From Isosphaeraceae bacterium (GTDB taxonomy: Bacteria > Planctomycetota > Planctomycetia > Isosphaerales > Isosphaeraceae): a DNA stretch of 64,000 bases. The DNA is taken from NCBI GenBank assembly GCA_965201075.1, contig CBDAVP010000016.1, positions 310,001 through 374,000 on the forward strand, given 5' to 3'. Position numbers and translations under genes: made by a program. The stretch's first letter is position 1. Each line of letters starts with the position of its first letter. Shown piece after piece: positions 1-10,007 of the stretch. The notes under the pieces were generated by a model that was not told the DNA's origin, made no database searches, and saw nothing but the letters and a program-made list of their open reading frames with translations.

Positions 1-1
1 G

Positions 2-1633
2 GGGCTCTATCCCGACATGCCCCCGTTCGACCCCCGAGGCGCGAACGAGGCGGGGTTCCCCTGGGAGCCGGAATTCGCTCGCATCCGCCCGGAATACTTT
101 GACGCCGCCGACCGACGGTTGCAGCACCTTGTCGACCAGGGCATCACGCCTTGCCTGGTCGGCGCCTGGGGCTATTTCCTGCCGAGGATGGGCGTCGAGA
201 AGGTCGAGCGGCACTGGCGGAACCTGATCGCCCGGTACGGTGCCTACCCCATCGTGTGGTGCATTGCCGGAGAGGCCAACCTTCCCTATTACCAGGACAA
301 GGGTTTTCCATTCGACGACCGCGAGCAGGTCCACGGCTGGACCAAGGTGATGGCCTACGTTCGCCAGAACGACCCGTATCGCCGTCCCTTGACGATTCAC
401 CCAACGGCCATCAACCAGTACACGGCCCGTCACGCCACCGACGACCCGTCGCTGCTGGATTTCGACATGCTCCAAACGCCTCACGGCCGTCGAGAGGTGG
501 TCCCCATTACCTTGAAGGCCGCCCGCGACTCTTACAATGCGTCTCCGACGATGCCGGTCATCGACGGCGAGGCGGCCTACGAGATGCTCTCGCAGGTCAT
601 CCCCGCCGCCGCGACCCGATCCATGTTCTGGACGTGCATGGCCAGTGGCGCCGCGGGCCACACCTATGGGGCCAACGGCATCTGGCAGAACAATCGGAAG
701 GGAGACCCTCACGGCAATTCACCGACCGGCGGAACCTACGGAACGATCTCCTGGGATGAGGCGATGGTTTTGCCGGGTTCCTCACAGATCGCCGCCGGCA
801 AGCGGTTCCTGGAAGGGTACGACTGGCCGCACTCGTCGCCGCACCCCGAATGGGTCGCCTGGGACGACTCGGCGATGCCCACCCCGCCACCGCTGGGCCA
901 CTGGATCTGGACCTCGGGCAGCGACGCCACCCAGGACGCCCTGGTCGCTCCCCGTTTCTTCCGCACCACTTTCGACCTACCCGCCGACGCGAAGGTCCAG
1001 AGCGCAAGGTTGAGGGCTGGGGCGGACAACAGTTACAAGGCCTGGATCAATGGGCAGGAGGTGGGATCGGGGACCGCCTGGCTAGAGATGGATGCGGTGG
1101 ACGTGGCCAAGGCTATTCGGCCGGGCCACAACGTGCTGGCCATCCGCGCTGAGAACGCCCCTGGGCCGGTGAACCACAACCCTGCTGGGTTGATCGGTGG
1201 GCTTGAGGTGGTGGTCGAGGGCCATAAACCCATTTTGATCGCGTCTGGGGAGCACTGGCGGGCGAATCACGCCGAGGCCGCGGGTTGGCTCGATGTCGAC
1301 TTCGCCGATGCCTCCTGGCCGACGGCGGTGGATCTCGGAGCGCCCGGAATCGCCCCGTGGGGAGAACTTCGGGCACCCGAGGCGCAACCGCCTCTGGCGA
1401 TGGGCGTTTCGGATGGGTTCCGCGTGTTCTACATGCTCGACCCCAAGCCGGTGAAACTCCAGGGACTGAAGGCCGGCCGATCGTACCGCGTCGTGGAATT
1501 CGACCCGGAGGCTGGCAAAAGCCGAGAGGCCGGCTCGATCCAGGCCGATGCCAACGGAGTCGGCCGCCATCCGGCCCCCGCCCACGGTCATGACTGGGTT
1601 CTGGGCCTCATCCCGACGGAATCCGCTCGCTAG
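2..1633 (+). CDS. DUF4038/apiosidase-like glycoside hydrolase with inserted galactose-binding jelly-roll domain (5' end outside window)
   Basis: Frame is open from the window edge (GLYPDMPPF...). Motifs RIRPEYFDAADRRL, LIARYGAYPIVWCIAGE, FDMLQTPHG, PVIDGEAAYE, GHTYGANGIW, then a rhamnosidase-type module FFRTTF...ADNSYKAWING...PGHNVLAI. Confidence 0.75.
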   Translation, partial: GLYPDMPPFDPRGANEAGFPWEPEFARIRPEYFDAADRRLQHLVDQGITPCLVGAWGYFLPRMGVEKVERHWRNLIARYGAYPIVWCIAGEANLPYYQDKGFPFDDREQVHGWTKVMAYVRQNDPYRRPLTIHPTAINQYTARHATDDPSLLDFDMLQTPHGRREVVPITLKAARDSYNASPTMPVIDGEAAYEMLSQVIPAAATRSMFWTCMASGAAGHTYGANGIWQNNRKGDPHGNSPTGGTYGTISWDEAMVLPGSSQIAAGKRFLEGYDWPHSSPHPEWVAWDDSAMPTPPPLGHWIWTSGSDATQDALVAPRFFRTTFDLPADAKVQSARLRAGADNSYKAWINGQEVGSGTAWLEMDAVDVAKAIRPGHNVLAIRAENAPGPVNHNPAGLIGGLEVVVEGHKPILIASGEHWRANHAEAAGWLDVDFADASWPTAVDLGAPGIAPWGELRAPEAQPPLAMGVSDGFRVFYMLDPKPVKLQGLKAGRSYRVVEFDPEAGKSREAGSIQADANGVGRHPAPAHGHDWVLGLIPTESAR

Positions 1634-1658
1634 AACTTGGAAGATGTCGAAACAACGT

Positions 1659-1693
1659 CGCGTCCCAGGCCACAGGATCGGGCCTGGGACGCG
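1659..1693 (+). terminator. 13-bp perfect GC-rich hairpin after glycoside hydrolase gene (terminator-like, no U-tract)
   Basis: cgcgtcccaggcc-N9-ggcctgggacgcg. Confidence 0.35.
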
Positions 1694-1809
1694 CTGGTCC
1701 ATGTCCACGCAAGGGTTTGGGCACTCTCCATTCCTGACGCCTCTGCCGGTCGGTGACGCAAGTTCTCGAGTGAGCTACGCATTCGACTTTTCCGCCGACA
1801 TGGTCCGGC

Positions 1810-1838
1810 TTGACGGCCGAAGTCCCATGCGATAGGTT
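1810..1838 (+). promoter_or_regulatory. sigma70-like promoter for tRNA-Val
   Basis: TTGACG-17bp-TAGGTT, 18 nt upstream of the tRNA. Confidence 0.55.
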
Positions 1839-1856
1839 AGTCCCTCCGCACAAGTC

Positions 1857-1930
1857 GGGCGATTAGCTCAGTTGGCTAGAGCACCAGCTCGACACGCTGG
1901 GGGTCGCAGGTTCAAGTCCTGCATCGCCCA
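1857..1930 (+). tRNA. tRNA-Val(GAC)
   Basis: Acceptor GGGCGAT/ATCGCCC, D-arm GCTC..GAGC, anticodon stem CCAGC/GCTGG with GAC at 1891-1893, T-loop TTCAAGT; CCA not encoded. Confidence 0.95.
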
Positions 1931-2039
1931 TATTTACGAGATAACGACTTAGGTCGATCCTACAATTCCCCCCGATGGCAGTGGCAGAGTTCACCGGCAG
2001 AGATGCCGGGCTCTCCCACCGCTGTCGGGGGGATTTTTC

Positions 2040-3069
2040 ATGCCCAGGAAACGACCCGAACCGTTCTGACGCTCGGAACGGAACAGCTATTTCGTCCAGA
2101 TCGGCAAGATGCAGGTCCGGCTTAGCCCGGACGAGGACGAGGCCTGGCGGCTCTACCACGAGCTCATGGCCCGGCCGCCGGAGGAGCCCGCGACGGTCGC
2201 CGTCCTCGCGCGGCAGCCGCTGGTCGTCGAGGTGATCGACGAGTTCCTGGAATGGGCGAAGGCCAACAACTCGCCCAAAACTTACGCCTGGCGGAAGGAG
2301 AACCTCCAGGCCTTCGCGAAGTCCATCCCACGCGACCTGCCCGTCGCGGGCCTGAAGCCGTTCCACGTCACCCGTGAGTTGAACGCCCACCCGACCTGGG
2401 GCGGCGACACGCGGGCCAACTTCGCCCGGTGCGTCCAGCGGGCCTTCCGCTGGGCGGCGGACCAGGGGCTTATCGACAAGAACCCGCTCGAGAAGGTGGA
2501 GAAGCCGGGCAAGGGACGCAGGAAAGAATTCTACACCCGCGAGGAATACGACCGACTGCTATCGGTGTTCCCCGACCGCGAGATGAAGGACGTGCTGATC
2601 ACCGCGTGGGAGACCGGCTGCCGCCCGCAGGAGATCTTTGCCGTCGAGGCCAAGCATGTGGACCTGGAGGGCAGCCGGTGGGTCTTCACGGTCAAATCGT
2701 CCAAGGGCAAGCGGAAGCCCCGCATTGTCTACCTGAGCCCCGAGGCGCTGGAAGTGACCCGCCGGCTCTGCGGCACGCACCCGGCCGGCAAGCTCTTCCG
2801 CAACGCCGCGTCGATGCCGTGGGACAAGAACACGGTCAGCCGCCGTTTCGCCCGCAAAACGCCGTCGCTGGACAAGAAATATTGCCTGTACTCGTTCCGG
2901 CACTCGTTCGCCCAGCGGAAGCTGCTGGAGGGGGTTGGACCCGATCACGGTGGCCACGCTGCTCGGTCACTCGAACCTGTCCATGCTGGCGAACCAGTAT
3001 TCCCACCTGGTGAAGAATCCAGAACACCTGCTGAAGGCGCTCGGGCCGAAATCGGGGAAGGCGGGTTGA
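2040..3069 (+). pseudogene. Tyrosine recombinase/integrase, inactivated
   Basis: ATG 2040, in-frame TGA 2067-2069; motifs ETGCRPQE and YSFRHSFA; +1 frameshift in the G-run near 2930 puts LLGH and catalytic Tyr (ANQYSH) in another frame, ending at TGA 3067-3069. Confidence 0.9.
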
Positions 3070-3133
3070 GGTGGGAATGGGTAGGTGGACGGAAGAAGCC
3101 CGGACGCGATGCCGGGCTCCTTCGCTTTCGAAC

Positions 3134-4195
3134 CTATTCGTCGTACTTGAGCAGGAATTTCGGGTTGATCGTCTTGAAGCTGAGCCGCCCGCCGATATCC
3201 TCGTCGTATTCCTCGGCAAGCGGCCGCAGCACGACCCCTTCCCGCTGGACCTTCGGATTTAGCACGCTCATCCCCTCGCAGAAGCCGACGAGTCCATCGA
3301 CGGAGTGATTCAAGACGATCGTCCCGAGTTGTGGAACCGGTTCGAGTTTCAGGTCGGCCAGCAATGCCAGTGATTCGGCGTGGTCGAGCAACCGGTAGGC
3401 GTCCACGTTCAGGACGCTGAAAACTCGCAGGGTAACCGCCGGAAGCGCGTACTTGTTCTTCTGGATTCCCGGCCCGACGACCTCGGCCTGGACCGCCAGG
3501 TCGAACCCGAGGCGCTCGAGGGCGGCACGCATCTTCTTCTCAAGCCGCAGCCCCTTGGTGACCCGGACGAGGACGTTCGACTCGTCGGCCTCGTCCATCC
3601 AAAGATTCCGGCTGCAGATGCCGAATACTCCCTGGCGGAAAAAAGCGGTAAAGGACGTACCGTCCAACTTCTCGGTGACGTAAAAGGTCTTGCCGCGATG
3701 ACGCTCCAGGACGGCCTCGAGCACCTGGACCCGGGTTTCATCCGTCTTTGGCAGGAATCCTGGGAACTGGCCCTTCACCTTGCCTCCCATCCCCACCGGC
3801 AGCGGTGGCTCCTACTTCAGGACGCCGAGCGATTCGGTGACGTCCGCGCCCTCGTCGGTCGGGGCATCGGGCGGGAGGATCGACAACGGGAAACAGATCC
3901 CCTGCGACACCTGGCCGCGAAGCCTGACCGTCTTGATCCGGAAGCCGGCGGGGAGCGTGACGACGCCCGTGGCGTCCGTCTGGGCGAGCTTGAAGCTGCT
4001 GGCTCGCAGAAACTCCAAATCCGGCCGCTCGGGCAAGAGGGAATCGATCTCGCAATAGCCGAGCTTGTCGCCCGGCTGGTGATCGCCCTTCTTCACGACG
4101 ACCCACCAGCCGAGGACGCGAATCTTCTCGATCGAGTCGGCGTTCGGTATCAGTTCGACGGCATTGACCGTCTGGATGCTGGCTAGCGTGCGCAG
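3134..4195 (-). pseudogene. RNA ligase, DRB0094-like (N-terminal OB fold + nucleotidyltransferase), interrupted by TAG
   Basis: RTLASIQTVNAVELIPNADSIEKIRVLGWWVVVKKG N-terminus, RLRGQVSQG, KTDETRVQ, TEKLDGTS (motif I), REGVV, SFKTINPKFL; single in-frame TAG 3812-3814; apparent CTG start behind AAGGAA. Confidence 0.88.
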
Positions 4196-4217
4196 GGCGA
4201 CTTCCTTCAGTTCGGTT

Positions 4218-4516
4218 TCAAATCGACACGGGGCCGGAAGAGCCGTTTCGCAAAGTCGAGTTCGGTCCTTTTCCCGGCACCGGCCTCCGCCCCAATATCT
4301 CCCTCACCCGCGGCTCCAGTGCCGGGTGCATCGTCCGTCGGCCCAGGCGCCAGCGCCTGACAGTTGTGATATGAGTCGAGAGCTCGGCGGCGAGATGTTC
4401 CTGCCGGCCTCGACGCCCGGTGGCCGTCTCCCATACCTCGCCAAGCCTCTGCAGTTCGTCCGGCGGGAGCGACAACAGCCAGCTCGTACCGCGCGGTTGT
4501 GAAGGACCGAGGATGC
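4218..4516 (-). pseudogene. HTH (XRE-like) protein remnant abutting IS630
   Basis: QEHLAAELSTHITTVRRWRLGRR helix-turn-helix pattern; 5' part runs into the IS left end. Confidence 0.4.
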
Positions 4517-5694
4517 TAGTGTCCTGAGTTAAAAATTCGTCGATTAACCTTGCGCTTCCCATTAGCTTATCATATAATCCTGAAAATGAGAAATATGATG
4601 AGAAAATGCGGTCGTCCCAAAGCCCCTCTGATCCTCACCGATGACGAGCGGCAGAAGCTGCAAACCTGGGCGGCCCGGCCCAAGAGCACCCAACGTCTCG
4701 CGACCCGCGCCAAGATCCTCCTGGCCTGCGCCGAGGGTCTGGACAATAAGGCCGGCGCCGCCCGGCTCCGCGTGAACACCGTGACTGTCGGCAAATGGCG
4801 TGGACGCTTCCTGGAAGATCGTCTCGAAGGGCTCAGCGACGAGCCCCGGCCCGGAGCCCCACGGAAAATCACCGACGCATACGTCGAGCAAGTCGTCACC
4901 AAGACCCTGGAAGAGAAACCCAAAGCCGCCCCCCACTGGAGCACCCGGGGGATGGCCAGGACGGTCGGTCTGTCCCAGAGTGCCATTGTCCGAATCTGGC
5001 ACGCGTTCGGGCTGAAGCCGCATCTGAGCGAATCTTTCAAGCTCTCGACCGACCCCGATTTCGTCGAGAAGGTCCGTGATGTGGTCGGCCTGTACATGAG
5101 CCCTCCGGAGAACGCGATTGTCCTGTCGGTTGACGAGAAGAGCCAGGTGCAGGCGTTGGATCGGACCCAACCGCTGCTGCCGATGACTCCCGGGCAGGCC
5201 GAGCGTGGGACTCACGACTATGTCCGCAACGGGACGACCTCGCTGTTCGCCGCATGGAACGTCGCCACCGCGAAGGTGATCGGCAAGTGCTACAAGCGAC
5301 ATCGCCAGCAGGAGTTCCTCAAGTTCCTCAAGGAGATCGACACTCAGGTCGTCAGAGAGCCCGGGGTTCAGATCCACATCATCATGGACAACTATGGGAC
5401 GCACAAGACACGCTCGGTGAAGAGGTGGTTCGAGCGGCATTCGGAGTATCACCTTCATTTCACGCCGACCAATGGATCGTGGCTGAACCAGGTGGAGCGG
5501 TTCTTCGCGGAGATCACCGAGAAGCAGATCCGCCGTGGTGTGTTCCGCAGTGTGGCGGCATAAGAGAAGGCGATCATGGAATACTTGGCCACGCATAACG
5601 AGAACCCCAAGCCGTTTGTTTGGACCGCCAACGCCGACCTGATTCTGGAGCGGGTCAAGAGGGTTTGTGAACGAATTTCTAACTCGGGATAATA
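4517..5694 (+). mobile_element. IS630-family insertion sequence (copy 1)
   Basis: Terminal inverted repeats 4517-4540 and 5671-5694 (20/24 match), TA duplication in C-TA-G context. Confidence 0.92.
4595..5692 (+). pseudogene. IS630 transposase with premature TAA
   Basis: DDE motifs SVDEKSQ, IMDNYGTHK, SWLNQVERFF; in-frame TAA 5561-5563 followed by the usual tail EKAIMEYLATHNENPKPFVWT. Confidence 0.9.
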
Positions 5695-5996
5695 GGAACT
5701 CCGTAACCGTTTCATGGCGTCTCCTGACCCCTGGGCCGAGGTCTATCGTAACCTGGCCAGCTTTGAGCGGATGGCCGGAGATGCGGAGCGGGTTGCGTGG
5801 TAGGGCGATCCGGCACGCCGCCCAGACGGATGGACGTGTTGGCCAGTAACGAAGTCGGGATGCTCTTTGAAATGTTCGAAAGTCCCGAAATCCAGGGAAG
5901 GATTGACCCGGCCCGACGCAAGATGGATGATAAGTACGGACTTGTGTCGCCTTCCTCCCGCCGTTCGAATCGGTTGGGGTCGAGAAAGTATCCTTG

Positions 5997-6467
5997 ATGG
6001 TTCGCCTCTCCCGGATTACCGAGTGCCGCGACCTCGCTCGCCTGCTGCTGCTGGCAAGCGCGATGGTCTGCGCTCTCGGAGTTCGTGAGGCCTCGGCCTC
6101 TTCCATCTCGGCGGGCGTCGAGCATGGAAGCGTTGGCCACGCCCAGTTTTGCAAGTGCCGGAGTTGCAATCCTGAATCTTGTTGCTGCGGCCCACGCAAG
6201 CCCTCGGTCTCTCCTTCCGCACCCGTCCGGACTGACGTTCCGGTTTCCCTCGGCACCTCGCCGTGCATGAAAGCCGCCCCGTGCGGCGACCCGGACCGGC
6301 CGAACACCCAGCCGACCGGGCCGGCAGGCAAGGCTGTCTTCGCGCTGTGCAGGTTCCTGACGCTACCCGCCGCAGGCTGCATCCTTCCCTCATCCGCTCG
6401 CTGCACCCTGCCGGGCCGGCGAGCGTCCCGCCTCGACGATCCGCCTGAATCCCTTCCCGCCGCCTGA
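5997..6467 (+). CDS. Cys-rich exported small protein, DUF2946-like leader candidate
   Basis: Hydrophobic N-terminal helix, 13 Cys (CKCRSC, CCC), C-terminal RLDDPP; first gene before the DUF1559 operon. Confidence 0.55.
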   Translation: MVRLSRITECRDLARLLLLASAMVCALGVREASASSISAGVEHGSVGHAQFCKCRSCNPESCCCGPRKPSVSPSAPVRTDVPVSLGTSPCMKAAPCGDPDRPNTQPTGPAGKAVFALCRFLTLPAAGCILPSSARCTLPGRRASRLDDPPESLPAA

Positions 6468-6633
6468 TCCCAGGCTCCAATCCCGCATTGATCAAGGCAC
6501 CCGTTCGCCGCCCCACGGCGTCACGGGCCGGGCTACCTCCGTCGCGTGATTTTGAACGACCTCGCATCGTCCGCGATCAAGTTCGATCGCCGGCGGACAC
6601 TGGTCCACGCCCAGAACTCAAGGGATTCATTCC

Positions 6634-7647
6634 ATGCCTCGCCGTCGAGCCTTCACCCTGATCGAATTGCTGGTGGTCATCGCCATCATCGCGGTGCTCA
6701 TCGCATTGCTCCTCCCCGCCGTCCAGGCCGCTCGCGAAGCCGCTCGTCGAGCCCAATGCACCAATAACCTGAAGCAGTTGGGCCTGGCGATGCACAACTA
6801 CGAGAGCAGCAATCAATGCTTCCCGAGCGCCGGGAGCACGACGGCCAATAGCGTCTACGCCTTCTCGATGCAGGCGAGGCTCCTGCCTTACATGGAGCAG
6901 GCGAGCTTGCAGAATCTGGTGAACTTCAACTTGCCGGTCCTGGCGACGACCGGGACGTTGTCGATCTATCCTGTCTCCCTGACGTCTGCACAGACGATCG
7001 TCGCCGCCTTCCTCTGTCCGAGCGATGCCCAGAATCCTCGGTTCAGCGGATATCAAGGCACCAACATCGTCGGGACGAACTACGTGGCCAACTTCGGTAC
7101 CGGCCTTCAGACCTTTTACGACCCTGCCTTCGTTTCCGACGGCGTCTTCTGGATGCCGGCCCAAACCCGGCTCGCAGAGCTAACCGACGGGACCTCGAAC
7201 ACGCTGGCCATGTCGGAATGCCTGCTCGGCCCCGGCTCCAACATCACCGGCCCGATCACCAGTGTTCCCAGGCCGTACCGGCACGCGGGCAACGTCTCGG
7301 GCGGCCGATCGCGTACGCTTGTCACGCCGGGCGGAGTCAGCCCGACCTTGGCGGATGGCGATGCGGCGACGGCCACGACTTGGGACGGCTCGCGCGGCTC
7401 GGCCTGGATCTGGGGCCAGGCCAGCACCACCCTCTTCAACACCTATCTCACGCCCAACAACGTCATGCCGGACACGTTCGCCCACAACCGAGGCTGGTTC
7501 GCGGCCCGCAGCAATCATCCCGGCGGGGTCAACGCCCTGTTCTGCGATGGGCACGTGCAGTTCATCAAGAACTCGGTCAATCTCGCGACATACCGAGCGC
7601 TCTCCACCCGAGCCGGCGGAGAGGTTGTCTCGTCTGACGCTTACTGA
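6634..7647 (+). CDS. DUF1559 prepilin-type N-terminal cleavage/methylation protein
   Basis: [62 protein letters not shown] (H-X9-DG). Confidence 0.95.
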   Translation: MPRRRAFTLIELLVVIAIIAVLIALLLPAVQAAREAARRAQCTNNLKQLGLAMHNYESSNQCFPSAGSTTANSVYAFSMQARLLPYMEQASLQNLVNFNLPVLATTGTLSIYPVSLTSAQTIVAAFLCPSDAQNPRFSGYQGTNIVGTNYVANFGTGLQTFYDPAFVSDGVFWMPAQTRLAELTDGTSNTLAMSECLLGPGSNITGPITSVPRPYRHAGNVSGGRSRTLVTPGGVSPTLADGDAATATTWDGSRGSAWIWGQASTTLFNTYLTPNNVMPDTFAHNRGWFAARSNHPGGVNALFCDGHVQFIKNSVNLATYRALSTRAGGEVVSSDAY

Positions 7648-7674
7648 TTCTCCCACCCACAAGGACCAGACCCG

Positions 7675-8685
7675 ATGCGACGCCGAGCCTTCACGCTGAT
7701 CGAGCTGCTGGTAGTAATTGCCATCATTGCCATCCTGATTGCACTGCTCCTGCCGGCCGTCCAGGCCGCACGCGAGGCCGCCCGACGCATGCAGTGCGTC
7801 AACAACCTGAAGCAGATCGCCCTCGCCACCCACAACTATCACGACACCCACAACCGCATCCCGCCGGGCTACATGATCTTCGCCAGCCCGGCCGCCTTCA
7901 GCGGGATCGCCATCGAGGGGCCGCTCACGATGATGCTCTCGTCGCTGGAGCAGCGGGCCCTCTACAACAGCTACAACTTCGGCGCCGGCTACCTGGCGCA
8001 ATGCAACCAGACGGCCGTCCTCACCCAGGTCAACACCTTCGTATGCCCCTCCGCGCCCGGGGCGTACCGGACCGCCCAGGCGGTGAACATCGTCGCTGGT
8101 TGGGTCGGCCTCGACACCATCCCGCCCTGGAACCCGACCGCGGCCGTTTCGGACTATAACGGCGTCACCTACGCGGCGGGGCCGCTGCCGCCCGGTTCGT
8201 CGGACATGCCCTACGTCACCGGCCTTTTCGACGCCTACGCCGACTCGCCTGCTTACGGCATGGGTAGCACCTCCACGCTCAGCTTCGCCTCGATCACCGA
8301 CGGCCTTTCCAACACGATGCTGTACACCGAGCAGGCCGGACGGCCGATTCGCTACTCCCACGGCGGCCGTGCCGGTGCCACGATGAAGGCGACCGACTCC
8401 GACAACGCCCAGCTCCAGCAGGCGATCTGGGCCGGGCTTGTCGGCGCGGGATTCAACCCCAGTTCGGGCGATGGGCTGACGCCCTATTATGCCGACCCCC
8501 AGCGGCAAAACGCGGTTTGCCGGATCAATTGCAGCAACGTCCAGTCGCCCTTCGGCTTCCACCCCGGCGGGGTGAACATCGCCCTCGCCGACGGCTCGGT
8601 CCGCTTCCTCAAGGAGTCCGTCAATATTGCGACCTTCGCCGCCCTGTGCAGCTACAAAGGCGGCGAGATCGTGGGGGATTATTGA
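7675..8685 (+). CDS. DUF1559 prepilin-type protein (second paralog)
   Basis: Same N-terminal motif; [21 protein letters not shown]. Confidence 0.95.
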   Translation: MRRRAFTLIELLVVIAIIAILIALLLPAVQAAREAARRMQCVNNLKQIALATHNYHDTHNRIPPGYMIFASPAAFSGIAIEGPLTMMLSSLEQRALYNSYNFGAGYLAQCNQTAVLTQVNTFVCPSAPGAYRTAQAVNIVAGWVGLDTIPPWNPTAAVSDYNGVTYAAGPLPPGSSDMPYVTGLFDAYADSPAYGMGSTSTLSFASITDGLSNTMLYTEQAGRPIRYSHGGRAGATMKATDSDNAQLQQAIWAGLVGAGFNPSSGDGLTPYYADPQRQNAVCRINCSNVQSPFGFHPGGVNIALADGSVRFLKESVNIATFAALCSYKGGEIVGDY

Positions 8686-8696
8686 GAGTCAACCCG

Positions 8697-9155
8697 ATGC
8701 GACCCGCCTGCGCACTCGCGCTGCTCTTTCTCTCCGCCGGCTGCGATCGGGGGTTGGTCGGCCCCACGCTGCATCCCGCTTCGGGGCGGGTCCTGGTGGG
8801 CGCCAAGCCTGCCGCTGGCGTCCGGGTGCGCCTCCACGCCCAAGGGGCGCCGCCGGACACCCCGACCCCGTACGCCACGACCGGGACGGACGGCGGCTTC
8901 GTCCTCGAGACCTCCGGCCGGCCCGGGGCCGCCGAGGGGCGTTACGCCGTGACCCTGACTTGGCCCCCGCCGACGGGCTTCAGCTCGCCCGGCCGGGCCT
9001 CAGCCGACCGCTTCGCCGGCCGCTACGACAACCGGGACCGGCCGTTCGGCGAAGCGACCATTCGATCCGGGACCAACAACCTCGGCCCGTTCGACGTGCC
9101 CGAGGCCTCCCGACCTACTGCACCCCAATCCAACGGAAGAGGGCCTCGACCATGA
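8697..9155 (+). CDS. Lipoprotein, carboxypeptidase-regulatory-like domain (typical DUF1559 partner)
   Basis: Lipobox LSAGC; GRVLV...A.G.RV.LH; TGTDGGFVLET...GAAEGRYAVT. Confidence 0.8.
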   Translation: MRPACALALLFLSAGCDRGLVGPTLHPASGRVLVGAKPAAGVRVRLHAQGAPPDTPTPYATTGTDGGFVLETSGRPGAAEGRYAVTLTWPPPTGFSSPGRASADRFAGRYDNRDRPFGEATIRSGTNNLGPFDVPEASRPTAPQSNGRGPRP

Positions 9156-9982
9156 CGACCCGCCGCGAGATGATCCTGAGCACGCTGGCCGCCGCCGTCT
9201 GCCCCGCCCGTGGGGAGGACGGGGACGACGCCGCGAGCCGGGCCAAGGCCCATGACGATGCGATGGCCCGCCAGCATCGCGACTGGATGGGTAACGAGAC
9301 GATCGCTATGTTCCTCTACCCCGGGTTCACGGCTCTGGACTTGTTCGGGCCCCAGCACATGTTCGGCAGCCTGATGGGGGCCAAGGTCCTGCTGGTCGCC
9401 GAGACGGCCGACCCGGTCCCCTCCCACTCGGGGGTGAAGGTCGTCCCTACCACGACCTTCACCGATTGCCCCGAGAAGCTTTCGATCCTGTTCGTGCCGG
9501 GGGGCTCCGAAGGGACGCTGGAGGCCGCGGAGAGCCCGGCCGTCCGGAACTTCGTCAAATCACGAGGCGAGAAGGCCGAGTGGGTGACGAGCGTCTGCAC
9601 CGGGTCGATCATCCTGGGTGCCGCCGGCCTGCTCGACGGCTACCGGGCCACCTCCCACTGGGCCACCCGGCCGCAGCTCGCATTCTTCGGGGCCACGCCG
9701 GTGGAAGAGCGCGTGGTGATCGACCGCAACCGCGTCACCGGCGCGGGGGTGACCTCGGGCATCGACTTCGGCCTGACGCTCGTCCAGAAGCTCCGGGGGA
9801 CCGAATACGCCCAGGTCACTCAACTCCTCTCCGAGTACGACCCCCAGCCACCGCTAGCGGCGGGGTCAGAGGCAAAAGCGCCCAAGGCTGTCGTCACGAT
9901 GACACGCGAAATGTTCCGCGACTACAACGCCCGGATCGAGCAGATCGCGAGACGTGTTAACCCGCCCGGAGGAGCGAAGTGA
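9152..9982 (+). CDS. DJ-1/PfpI family protein (isonitrile-hydratase-like), probable Tat signal
   Basis: TTRREMIL N-terminus; YPGFTALD, SVCTGS, RATSHW, TGAGVTSGIDFGL, EYDPQPP; ATGA overlap with upstream gene. Confidence 0.9.
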   Translation: MTTRREMILSTLAAAVCPARGEDGDDAASRAKAHDDAMARQHRDWMGNETIAMFLYPGFTALDLFGPQHMFGSLMGAKVLLVAETADPVPSHSGVKVVPTTTFTDCPEKLSILFVPGGSEGTLEAAESPAVRNFVKSRGEKAEWVTSVCTGSIILGAAGLLDGYRATSHWATRPQLAFFGATPVEERVVIDRNRVTGAGVTSGIDFGLTLVQKLRGTEYAQVTQLLSEYDPQPPLAAGSEAKAPKAVVTMTREMFRDYNARIEQIARRVNPPGGAK

Positions 9983-10007
9983 GATGGGGATAATTACGGA
10001 GCGACCC

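Noticed and set aside
4562..6406. 614-aa minus-strand ORF
   Set aside because: It is the antisense shadow of the IS630 transposase and Cys-rich ORF, crosses the IS boundary and has no recognisable motifs.
6634..7830. Near-identical 5' ends of the two DUF1559 genes as a recombination or diversity-generating cassette
   Set aside because: The similarity is limited to the universally conserved prepilin N-terminus with many synonymous differences. No reverse transcriptase or invertase is nearby.
7180..8562. 460-aa minus-strand ORF and similar long antisense ORFs (33564-34763, 54507-55625, 55675-56889, 59348-60418)
   Set aside because: Each fully overlaps a well-supported gene on the other strand and lacks motifs.
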